DNA of 62,686 nucleotides, counting the filler, from Dirinaria sp. TL-2023a (taxonomy: Eukaryota), in the NCBI GenBank assembly GCA_051941275.1. It is 2 parts of 2 records of this genome, joined end to end, with 100 filler letters (N's around TTAATTAATTAA, not from the genome) between each part and the next. Parts side by side here need not be neighbours in the genome. Positions count along the whole stretch, not along the records: positions 1 to 31,402 come from JAVEBF010000093.1; 1 more part is not named here. One strand, 5' to 3'. Below are positions 11,418-23,800 of this stretch, in pieces. The first letter of the stretch is position 1. Each line of letters opens with the position of its first letter. The notes under the pieces were generated by a model, which searched no databases, was not told the origin of the DNA, and saw nothing but the letters and a program-made list of their open reading frames with translations. The translations under genes were made by a program, and so were the position numbers.

Positions 11418-14400
11418 CTATGTCGCCGCACTCTTTTGACACTTGTCAACCAATCGGGCCGCGAAGTCCACGATGGGGATGCTGGCCAGCACATCAAATA
11501 CAGTGACCGCCATCTTCGTCTCTTTGAGCAACCAGTTCACAATTTCGATCGCCACTAGCGAGTCGACGCCGTACGTGTGCAAGGGGCGCGCTGTATCGAT
11601 CTCGGAAGGTGCGGTCTGCAACGATTTCGCAACACGGAGCGCTAGCGCTGCGGTTAGGTTCTGGCTTGCTGTGGCGGCATCAGTGGCCGCCACTGCTGGG
11701 AAGTCTTTGAGCGGGTTTGCTGAGGAGGAAGACCCATCGGCCGCCTCAGAGGCCCCGGCAGAGAGACCGGTCAAGGCGAGGTGGGAGAAGCGAGGATCAG
11801 AGAAGTAGTAGGGAGTCCGGATACCTGCGGCTTGAGCGGCGCCGCCAGTGGCTAGACCCGTGATGATCTGGGGCGGTATGACGGGGCTATCTTTGGCGGA
11901 TGAATTCCCGGTCTCGGCGGTAATGATTTTCTCAATCAATAAATGAAGCTCTTTCTCGCGCACGCCGAAGGGTTTTTCCCACTCTTTGAAATAGTCAGTT
12001 GAGCCTTGTTCAGCGAGAACGCCGACGTCTCGCATGATACCCAGATCGATGCTGACAGCTTTGAGACCACGTGAGACACGGTAGTGCGCAAGAGCGTCCT
12101 CGTAGGTGCCACCGGCGGCGTAATTGCTCTGAGTGCGATGTCCGAAGATGCCGACGAAGGAACTCAAGAAGATGCAAAAGTCTAGCTCCTGGGGCATCAG
12201 CGAATGCAGATTCCAGCTCCCTTGAACTTTTGGCTGCAACGATTCTGTCCATTGCTTGTGAGACATTCTCTCAAAAAGTGTATCGCGCAGAGCCATGGCA
12301 CATTGGAAAACGCCTTTGCACGGAGGCATATTTGCTGCATAATCTTTGAAAGTCTTTGCGAGGTCTTTCATGTGAACGATATCGCAGGAATAGACCCTGA
12401 TCTTGACACCCAACGCCTCCAGCTCACGAACGAGCGTTTGAGCCTCGCGGGATTTGGCGCCAGATCTGGAGATGAAACATAGGTAGCGAGCTCCAAGCCG
12501 AACGAGCAGATGAGCTAAACTACGACCTATGCCTCCAAGACCCCCTACGAGTAGGTAGGAAGCATCAGGGTTCAATGCGACGGAGGTTTTAGGGCGGCGC
12601 AGAACTGGTACGGCGCCACTTCCAGCCCAAGAGATGGCAATCTTTCCCTGGTGCTTTCCCGTCTGCATCAGACGGAAGGCGTTCTCAATCTCGGATACAG
12701 GATAGACGTTGATGGGCGAAACAGGACGAGTCACACCCTGGCGCACATAATCGAAAGCACCGTTCATGATCTTCGCCAACAGAAGAGGGTTTCCGACCAT
12801 GACGTGCTTTAGGTTTATGAATGTGAAACTTGCGTCTTGGATGAACGGGCGCATCTCGAGGCTGCTGTTGCTCAAAATATCTTTGAGCCCAATTTCGACG
12901 AAACTGCCGAATGGAGCGACGCAGCGCCAGGACTCTTGCAGAGCCTCACCCGACAATGAATTAAGAACACAGTCGACGCCTCGTCCATGAGTCATTCTCA
13001 GCACGCCTTTTGCAAAGCTCAGATCTCGGGAGTTGAAAATATGATCGTCGGGTATGCCATAGAGATCTTGAATCAATTTTTTCTTCTCAGGCGAGCCCAC
13101 TGTCGCGAATATCTCCGCCTGGTGATGTTTGGCTATCTGGATAGCCGCTTGACCCACGCCCCCAGCAGCTGCGTGTATCAGAACTGTCTGCTTTGGCTGC
13201 AGGCGAGCAATATGGACAAGGGCATAGAACGCTGTACAGTGAACCAATGGCAAAGTTGCTGCTGCCTCGAAGGAAAGGCCATCTGGAATATTTTGGCAAA
13301 AAGATGCTTTGTTACGGAAGACGGTTGCGTGAGCACCATGCCCGAGTGTACAAACTTTATCTCCAGGTTTGAAGGCGGAGACTTGTTTTCCAGCGTGCGT
13401 GATGACACCACTTGCTTCGAAGCCCAGCAAATTGTCTGGAATTTGCCCCATAGCGACCATAACATCGCGAAAACTAGACCGCATGAGCATTCTCTGAACC
13501 TCTGGATTTAGGTTGGGGTTACTTACTTCAGGCCCGTAGCCTTCACGTCTATGACTACTTCGTCGTCTCTAATCTGCCCTTGCGCATCATCTGGTTCAAG
13601 GCATAATGAATCCAACATACCCTGCGCTTTAACAGCTAGTTTGTGGGGACCTTGAGCTTGCTCGAGAGGTATAGATTCGACTCTTTCCTTCTCTTCCGCT
13701 CTCGTGCGTGCCATCTCCTCACTCATAAAACCGTCTTCCACCACCCTGCACCTATGTAAGATTCCGTCTTTTTCCAAGAATTCGAATTCAGGTGTGGAAG
13801 AGGCAATGATCTTCGAAATAAGAGGCGCCACTCTCTCAGGGGATTGAATAGATTCTGGCTGTATTGAAAGCGTGCGAAAGCATTTTGAAGGAATCTCGTT
13901 GCGTATGCTCCGAGCCATGCCCGTAGATAACGCTGCCGCGGGTCTGCCCGAGGATGTTACCCATAGGAGGTCTGATGTGTGCCCGACAATCTGTTTCAAG
14001 TTGAGAAAGTCTTGTTCGGCGATACTTTCAAGCATTGGTGCGTCGAGTTCTATGAGAGAAACGCAATCCTTGCCCGAAAACCCGTCGAAATTCGAGCCCC
14101 ATTGTAGTCGTTTTGGCTTGTATGAGCTTTGTTCAAGCTCCGTGGCTAGCTGATCAGCAACGGCTCTTGCGGCGTCACTTGGGCGGCTGGCCTCCAGAAT
14201 AGCAACTTCAGGCGCTGCGCATACACCATTGGCATGAGGCTTTTCGTTGAGACTACTGACAGATACACTCAGTTGCTCATGTCGACTATCCTCGGAACCC
14301 GTTATCTGAAATAGTGGAGTGAATCCATGCTGAATTAGAGTGTCTTTCAAATCATTACCGTCATTGTACCCTTTAGTAGTGCTTTTCTCCCTTGGCAATG

Positions 14401-17400
14401 TTAGAGATTTCCTATTCGTAAGGTATAGAAAGGATTTTATTGCGTTCTTACCTTGACGTTTGGAGACACCGTAACATCAAAGAGGTACCTAATCCTCGAT
14501 TGGCGATGCCTACAACAAACAGCTTGCCTCCCGGCTTAAGGAGTTTCCTAGCATTTATCAGCCTTTTACCCAGGTCTTGAGTTTCTCCAATGGTAGCGAT
14601 CATCAGGACGTCAAAAGTAGCCGGTTCCAGGCCCTGACTTGTGGGGTCTTTGTTCACTGAGATGGTACCAAACTCGACAAGACCTTTCAGATGCTCCGAG
14701 CGCTCCTCGGCCTCCTTGGATGCTGCATCGGTTGGGCTTGCGTATACATAATGAAGCAATGGAACACGATCCTGGGAGTCATTGGGAGCATCAGAGACAA
14801 TCAGCGACGCCGCTGCTCCGTCTGCGATCCCCAAATCCAATATGGATATCGCCGGGTTCTCATGGGCTAGTAATCCTATATACTTGAGAATGTTAGTCGG
14901 GCTGGAAAGCATTCAGTCTGAGTGGTTGAGTACCTTTGCGATCTTGGTAAGTGATTCCTCTTGTCCTGCGACATCGTTGAGCCATCGATCGAGAATACCA
15001 TCCTTGCGCAAAAATTTCTCCGCGTCGTTTTGTCCATGGAGAATCTGCCCAAGATTTTCGCCAATTCGACAGAGTGCCTCGTTGTCAGCGCCGCCTTTAA
15101 GATCCTGTAGGAGGCTTTCGGCCTCTGTCCAGTTTACATGGGTCCAATCCTCGTCTGTCCGCGGCTGGGGGGGATCGTCAAGTTTGGCACGGTGCTGCTC
15201 CTGCATCCACACATGAAAGTCTTGAAGTTGCTTGGTTGGGACGCGCTCGAACGGAACTTCTTCCAATGCACGCTGCATGAAAAGGTAAGCCAACTTTTCG
15301 CGCTTTGTGAATGGCTCGACGGATTGAACTTTCCGAGACGCCGGAAGCGTTGTGTCAATGACTTTGCGCGTTTGGTCGGGCGTAAGGAAGTCTATGGCTG
15401 GTTTCCAGACCATTTTGGTGAAGAAAGTTTGTTCTGATGCTTCAGTGTCATCTGAGCTACCGGTACTTGCACCAGCGATTGCTGAGCAACGAAAACCCTT
15501 GACAGTCACGGTTGGGCTGTCCAGATCCTTATCCAGCATCACCAAGTCCGCCATGAGCTCGCGAAATCCATGCTCAGACGCTTCACAGAAGCCTTCCAAT
15601 CTCGAACCAGCCACGTAGGGGATTTCCGCTGATACGAATACTTCATCGATTGAGGTAGGAACCATTGTTTGCTCCAAACGACCAGTCTTATCCTTGTACG
15701 CAGCAAAAGCTGCATGGAAGATTGCATCCAAGTTCGCAGGGTGAATTACGTGAGGTCTGCTTATCGATGCTTGAGGGTCAGGGTCGAACATTTCCAGGGT
15801 AAAGCAACTTTTACCCTGACCTCTGCACACCCGTGTCAGATTTCGAAATGTAGAGCCATAGTTCAAACCGACAGACGCGAGTTCCGTGTAGAACGATTTT
15901 ATATCTTCGGTGGTATGGCAAACCCCCTTGATCCGATGGAATTCATCCCTGGTAATTCTGTGCTCCAGGTTTCTCTCCATAGATATACTACAATCTTTGC
16001 CGATCTCGTATTCGATGAGCAGCAAGCCATGACAGTTTTGCCTCAAGTCTTCTCCATCTGGACAACTCGAAATTGAGAACTCCATCCATGTGGAAGAATT
16101 TTCTCGCGTGCCTGTCCGGTGAGGCCTAAGCTGGAGTATGCATTCTAGATCCGCAGTTTCACTCATCACCGCAGGTGCAACTATCTGCACCTCTCTTAAC
16201 TTGAATCCTTTGATGACTTGCTCTTTTGTCGCGATTTGCCTTGCACCTTCTATAGCCATGGCTAGATAACCTGCAGCTGGATACAAGTTGGACGTCTGAA
16301 TTACGTGATCACGTATCCATGGTTGCTCGGATATGCGAAAAACTGCTCTCCAAGTGTACTCTGACTGATTCATTTTTGGCACTCGAACTCCCAGCAAGCT
16401 CACTCGAGGCTGTGCACGGAATCGATATTCTTTGGATATGCGAGATTCAGCCCAGAATGTACGAGAGTGATTCCAGGAATACGGTGGTAAATCGACTAAG
16501 GGCTGCGGAGTGGACTTGCAGCTAAGATCTGAGGAGTTATTGACCTGACTGAGATCGACAGGGACATTCTGGGAAGCAAGGAATCCTGCAGCTTCCAGAG
16601 CCGTTTCGGCGGCATTGCGGCCGCGCGTGAGAACTGATTGATAATTAATACCCGTAACACCATGCTTCTTCGCTGTCTGATTGAATGCGCCTTGCATCGC
16701 GGAGTGCGGCCCGAGTTCTAGCAAGATGTCGACAGAGTTGTCCGTACTTCGGCTGCCATCATCTTGGAGCGGCCGCATGAGATCATAGATTGCATCGTAG
16801 AAAAGTACAGGCGAGACGAGATTTCTGACCCAGTAAACAGATCCAAGCTCACTCGGCTCCACAAAGGATCCAGTGACAGCAGAGTACATTTTGCGAGAAC
16901 CGCAATCTGTGTTAACGCTCATTTCGCTCAAAGATTCGAGGTATGGCATCGAAACCATGTTCATGTGTGCGCTGTGGTAAGCCGTCTCCACCTTTAGCTT
17001 CCTTGCGAAAACTTCTTTCTCTTTCAGTGTGGCTTGCAGTTCGTCAATTGCAGAAGCATCGCCAGATAGTGTCATACTCGAAGGAGAGTTGACACAGGCG
17101 ACGACTACCTCACCCTGTGAAACATCGTCTATCCAACCCTGCGCTTGACTTTCCGAAGATCCGACCGCAAGCATAGCTCCTTGCACAGAAGGTGCAAGCG
17201 ACTTCATGCGCGAAGATAAAGAGCCTCTGTAGTAAGCGGCCTGCAAAGCATCTCCTCTGCTCAAGGCACCCAGACAGTATGCTGCAGCAATTTCGCCGCT
17301 GGAATGTCCTACTACGGCTGAAGGAGTTATGTTCCAGCTTGCGAGCAGATCGACCAAAGCGATTTGGAGAACCGTGCACAATGGTTGAGCAAATTCAGGG

Positions 17401-19557
17401 CTGTTGATTCTTGACTCTGCATCTTCACGGCGAATTTCTTCGGCCGCTGACCATGTGCATCCCAGATTACTTTGAAGAAAGCGACCAGATTCCTCAATAC
17501 TTCGGCGGAACACCGGATACTGGTTGAGCTCCTCCCCCATCCTTGCCCATTGAGCACCTTGACCTGTGAAGATGAATCCAACCCGATTCTTGGCAGATGA
17601 ACGAAAGACGGGCGTAACAGATTCTTTACTCTGTAATGTAGACAATAATTCATTGGCAGAGGAAGCAACCGCAAAAGTTCTCCACATCAGCTGGGAGCGC
17701 CTTTCAGCCAAAGTAAAGGCTAAATCGCTGAGCGCCTCGTCTTCCATCAAGGCAGCTTCATGTGCTTCCAGATATCCGCAAAGGGTCTGCTTTTGACGGC
17801 CAAGGCCCTCCTGATCGTAAGCGCTCAGCAGGAACAACCTGGAATTCTTGTTCTCAACCTCACTCGTCACACCGTTTTCGAGATGACTTTGCATAAGCGG
17901 TTTATGAGATCCATTGACATAATTGGTGATTCCGTTTATATGGTTGTTAATCGAACCGTTGACGTGGTTAGTTTGGGGGGGTTTTGTTCGGTGAGCTCCT
18001 CGGAGTTTCTTCTGCGCAAGATAATGAAATGCATCGTCAAGGACTATATGCGCGTTTGTACCACCATAACCGAAACCTTGTACCTAGAAATCAAAGTATT
18101 AGTATTGCTAGCCCACGCGTGGTTGATGACTCACACTAATGCGCCGTAGACTGTTTCCCGGAAATTTCGTCAACTTGGTGGGAACCGAAACTTTCCATTT
18201 CTCAAAGGGGATTTGTGGATTTGGATTATTGAATTTGATGTTTGGGGGGATCAACCCTTGCTCAAGAATGTATATGGCTTTGATAACGCCTGCAAGTCCA
18301 GCTGTTGCTTCGAGATGACCAATCTGCTGAATCTTAGGATCAACCCGCTTCAATAAAGGGTGTGACGTACGTTTGCTTTCACAGATCCTACCATCAAAGA
18401 CTGTCCGTGTGATTTGGATGGCACCAAGGTTGTTGCAATGCCTTCCATTTCCAAGGGGTCACCCGCCTTCGTTCCCGTGCCCTGTACACTGTTAGCCGTT
18501 TCGCGTAGGAGATAAACGGGGATCAACCAACGTGAGCTTCGACATAACGAGTGTTCTCGAAGTCAAGTCCCGCTTGCATATATGTAGAGCGAATCAGATT
18601 AGCTTGAGCCACAGCACTTGGTACCGTAAGCCCCTTGGTTTTCCCATCATGGTTTACCCCTGTACCCCGTATGATTGCCCGAATGGGATCTCCGTCCCGG
18701 ATAGCTTGATCGACTCGCTTCAATATGACGGCGGCGAAGCCTTCACCTCGGCCATAGCCATCGCCTTTTGCGTCGAAGCTCTTGCATGTCCCATCTTGAG
18801 CCAGAAATTGCATGTTCGACAGCATCATAAACATGTCTGGGTTGAGCAAAAGATTTGCGCCGCCCACAACAGACATACTAGAGTCTCCCGCGCGAATACC
18901 CTGACATGCTTGGTGAAGCGCCACCAAGCTCGAAGAGCAGGCAGTTCCCAGAGTAAAGCTGGCGCCCAGGAGGTTGTAGAACCATGAGATACGGTTTGAA
19001 ATAGTTTCCTGCCCAGCGCCACTGAGGATGTGAAGAGGGGCAAAATCTGGGTCTCGAAGGAGCATTTCCCGATAGTCAGTTGTGAAATTCCCGACAAAGC
19101 AGGAAGTATCCGTGCCCGTAATCTTGTCCAGCGATAAACCAGCATTTTCGAAAGCTTCATAGACAATTTCTAACATGATCCTTGATTGAGGGTCCATGGC
19201 GCGTGCTTCGCTCTCGCTGATGCTGAAAAAATTGGCATCGAACGTGGCAATGTCCTGACGCACAAAGTGGCCGCCTCTCGCAGAACTCGTGTTGAGTTCC
19301 GACTTGGAACTGCTATGAAAAGCATCCGCATTCCAACGAGGCGACTCTGAATAGGCAGCTTGAACCACAGTCAGTATGTGAATGTTCTGTGTGATCGTTG
19401 CATGGCATGCTTAGGGTAAGATTGAAAAATGATGCATACATCGTCCGTTGCATAGGAGCTCCCAGAACCGTTCTCCATTGTCTGCGTCGCCAGGAAATCT
19501 ACAGGCAAGTCCAATGACCGCCACCGAGTGCTCGTCGTCCAGGCTTGTTTTGGTCAT
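11418..19557 (-). CDS. Highly reducing iterative type I polyketide synthase, KS-AT-DH-pseudoMT-ER-KR-ACP (about 2581 aa, 8 exons)
   Basis: ATG at 19557 ([23 protein letters not shown]). GT-AG introns at 19359-19439, 18482-18531, 18324-18370, 18084-18134, 14883-14933, 14391-14451 and 13474-13526 give one open frame. [84 protein letters not shown]. Confidence 0.95.
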
Positions 19558-20896
19558 TTTGAGGCTATGGGGGGTAACATAACGTAGCGAAGGTCGAACG
19601 TTCCAGTTGATGGAAATATCGATATCACCAACAGCGGGTGAAGCAGTCCACTATTCGAGGGAAGACGCCAAAGGTAAGGGGAGAAAAGGAAACATTCAAG
19701 TTTGCCAACAACGCTGGATCTGGCACTCACTCCACTGCTAGTTTTCAGCTACGGTCTATCCACCTGACAATCCCGATATCAATCCTGTTGTGGGTGCGGC
19801 ATTGCTAGCATGATTGGCTTTCTTACAATCGCGAGCCTCATGCACATCATCATCATGACGATTTCCATCTGGGCTGCTGGGATCGGTTCCTTCCATAATG
19901 CAATGGTCTGAGAACACGCGCAGCGAAAATGATATGCAGCCATGGGTGGAGCTCGGACGCGGTGCTACCTATTGGTTGGGTCAGAGCGCAGCGCCCTATA
20001 CAGAACGGGAGCGTGTCTCCAGGTCCGACTTGCGAGAACGCCTTGCATCTGTATTCTATGTGTTGAGCCACGGTTCACTCGGCAATTTTCTGATGGCAAG
20101 TTCTTCTCATGTTTGCGTGCAGCCGACATCCATCCCGATCAGGCAAGCGCACCCTTAGCGCGGGGTTGTTCGCACTTCCTCAGGGTTTCGCGCTAAATTC
20201 GGGGTAAGATTACCCGTACGGAAACCATGTATTGAAAGCCCGTTCGTATTATTGTATCTTACTGTACTTTAATCCTATAGACACACAGAATCGACCTCCT
20301 CCGCCTCACGTACAGTAGACGCGACCTCAACAAAACACTATCAGATCGCGATTCGCATCTATCGCGTGAGAATAACTTCGTCTCGGCAATGTCCGTGTCC
20401 ACTGACGCCATCACCTCACCCCTTCCCCCAATGGATACGAGCACCCACACTGCCATCTGGCTTCGGGAACTTCGAACCGCACCCGGGATTTCTGCATGCA
20501 GAACATGGACATTTCGATGTACCTCGAGCATGTATTCCAAATGTTGGACGTGCTACTCGTCGGCCTTCTTGGGCTTTTCGGCGCACCCGATAGCGCATAG
20601 ACTTCTGAGCGAGACCGATCGTAGAGGGGGCAGCCCAACCCGTGGCCGCAGTCATGCGAGATCTTGTCTGAAAAGTGATCACAACTTAATTAAGTTATCT
20701 GCCTTAGCCGATCCACTGAGTATCGGATAACAAGGTTGGCAATTGTTCCGATCTTCGATGAAACCTGCATTCTTCGAAGCTGAGTCTTTTTAAATCCAGT
20801 CACAGCTTTCCTTTGTGACTTGCTCTGTATCGTCAAAGGGCCCCTCTCCTCTCTCCCCTTCCCTCTCCCTTCCCTTCTTGGTTCTCTTCACATACA
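19558..20896. promoter_or_regulatory. Shared divergent promoter region of the HR-PKS and NR-PKS
   Basis: 1.34-kb spacer between two outward-facing ATGs, with a pyrimidine-rich tract at about 20841-20890 before the NR-PKS ATG and CGG-N5-CCG-like inverted repeats at 20462-20476 and 20578-20590. Confidence 0.6.
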
Positions 20897-23800
20897 ATGC
20901 ATCCAACGCGCGTCCTACTATTTGGCGATCAGACCGTTGACAAGCTTGGGACCATTCGTGAATTGACCCAGTTTTCGAAAAGTTCACCAACACTCCGAAG
21001 GTTCCTACGAGAAAGTGCAGATGTCGTTCAAATCGAGGCGGCCAAACTGGGCCCACTCGAACAGAAGGCCTTCGCCTTCGATGACCTTCTCACGATGGCG
21101 GAGGCCAATACGAAGGAAGCCTTTCCTGACGAACTAGTCGCGACTCCTTTGATGTGTATAGCGCGGTTAGGGGTGCTGCTACTGTAATTTCCTCGTTTAA
21201 TGCTCGTGGATCTTTGCTGATGGCTGGAAAAGCTACGCCGAAAAGGAGCCTGGGGTCTTGATGCCTATTGACACTGGAATGCATATCATTGGTTTCTGTA
21301 CAGGCCTCATCCCCGCAGCTGCCGCATTGGTTGCAACAGACGTCGCAGGACTTCTAAAATACGGATTGGAAATGGTTGCCATTTCGGTCCGTCTAGGATA
21401 TGAGATTTCCGCACGCTCCAAAAGAGTAGAGGAGAATCCAGGATGCTGGGCATATTCCATCGTCGGGGCCACGGCCGCAAGCTCCCAAGCATTTCTTGAC
21501 ACATTTCACGAAAGCAATGTACGTGACCTGACATTCGGACATCTTAAAGTGTACTAAAGTAATTAGCGGATTCCTCCCTATCGACAAGCTTATGTAGCTG
21601 TAATCTCTAGAACTTGGGTGAGTAAAACTCGCTATCTCTTTCTGTTGCGATATAGTAACACGCTTGCACTCTTCGTAGCGTTGGGAGAGATCCGTGGCCT
21701 GCGTTCTATTATTGAATGATTTTTTTTGTTTTCAACAGAGCACAACAATTTTGCAGGGGGCTTGTTATCTGCTGGTAGTAAAAAGTTGCGCTGGAATACG
21801 GTTGCCCACAACTTGTATAATCTGTCTCGTTTCCTATCAGCCGTTTTTGAAGTAAAAATTGCTAACTCCTAGATTACAAGACAACTATTTTTGGGCCCCC
21901 ATCAACTCTCCAAAAGCTTTGGGAAGAATGTCCCGAGCTCGGTCTAGCGCCAAAACTCAAACTCGCAGCCGCTGGAGCAGTTCATGCATCTCAATTGCCC
22001 CCTTTGGACCCCGAAAAAATAATCGGAGATTCTAAGCTTTTGGACATAGCTATACAACCTGATTCCTCGATTGTTTCTTCGGGCACTAGCGAACATTATT
22101 CAGCGTCAGACTTGCGTGGCCTGCTTCACGAAATGCTCGGTGATATTGGAGAGAACACATTACATCTGACTGAAACTGTTCAAAAAGCTGTGTCTGATCT
22201 ACCAAGGTCCGAAGACGTGGAGCTCTATGTGGTCGGACCCACGGCGCATACAACGCTCGTGCAAGATGCAATGCAAAAGGTGGGAAAGACTGTGGAGGTA
22301 TTCCGGCAGCCAGACCCGCCAACTACAACCCGTAGCACTCGGGGAGGTTCGGACCTTGTCGCAATCGTAGGCATGTCTGGAAGGTTTCCTGGTGGTGGTG
22401 AGAGCCTACAGCTTTTTTGGAACATGCTTCTGCAAGGTCAAGAGACGCATGAGAAGGTAGGCGCATTCCAGTTTGAGTCGACTTATAGCTGACACAGACG
22501 CTGCGTCTTCTCTAGGTTCCGAAATCTAGGTTCAACATTCAAACACACTTTGACAAAGATGGTTCTGGTAGAAATACCACGTCGGTTCCGTACGGCTGTT
22601 TCCTACAAAAGCCAGGGCTATTCGACTCACGCATGTTCAATGTTTCACCCCGAGAGGCTGGGCATATGGATCCTATACAAAGGTTGCTGTTGATGACTAC
22701 ATATGAAGCACTGGAAATGTCGGGATACAATTTGAATGGCAGTCAATCAACAGAGACCAACCGGATCTCAACCTATATTGGCCAGTGCACAGATGACTGG
22801 TGCGATAACAATGAGAGTCAGGGCGTCGATGTTTACCACATACCCGGTGTAGCACGTGCGTTTCATCCGGGTCGGATAAATCACCACTTCAAATGGGAAG
22901 GTGGAGCTTACAGCTTGGATTGTGCATGTGCTTCAAGCTCCACAGCTGTTGCTTCCGCCTGTGCAGCATTATTGTCTCGCGAATGCGACACAGCGATTGC
23001 TGGCGGTGGGAACCTCTTGAGTGCGCCTCTTTGGTTTGCTGGGCTCAGCCGTGGCGGATTCCTTTCCAAGACTGGAGGTTGTAAGACATTCCGGGATGAC
23101 GCGGATGGTTACTGCAGGGGTGAAGGAGTTGGTGTTGTTGTAATGAAGCGCCTCGAGGATGCACTCGCCGAGAACGATAATGTACTGGCTGTTATTAATG
23201 GCTTTGCCAGAACTCATTCTGGGGAGACGCCTTCGATCACCCAGCCCACTGCTGAGTCCCAGCGCAAAATATACCAAAAGGTGTTCCAGAGATCTGGGGT
23301 AGATCCTCAAGACATAGGCTATGTGGAAATGCATGGCACAGGGACACAGGCTGGAGACCCAATTGAGGTACAGTCGGTGGCAGATATTATCTGCGCGGGT
23401 CGCAGGAAAGACAATCCACTATTTGTTGGAGCTGTGAAAGCAAACATGGGCCACGGGGAAGCGGTTAGTACTCACCTGTCTATTGAAAGCTCCGGTATTG
23501 ACCGCATGACATTGCAGGCTGCAGGCATCACGTCCTTAATTAAAACAATCTTGATGCTGCGAGAGCGCCGCATCCCTCCTCAGCCTGGAATGCCTTTCAA
23601 ATTAAACCACAAATTCCCACCGCTGGATAAAATGTACATGAAAATTCCCGCAGAAAGTCGATCCTTTGATCCGCGCTCCAAGGATGGCAAAAGAAGAATT
23701 TTCTTGAACAACTTCGATGCCGCGGTAAGTCCTCTCTCGGGAACTGCAACTGGGGTCTGTATTAACAATTTGGTAGGGAGGTAACACTGCATTAATCATC

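Noticed and set aside
12108..12122. KR motif YAAGG (Gly in place of the usual Asn) as a sign of an inactive ketoreductase
   Set aside because: The catalytic Tyr, NADPH-binding GGLGGIG and LRD motif are intact, and this position varies among fungal HR-PKSs.
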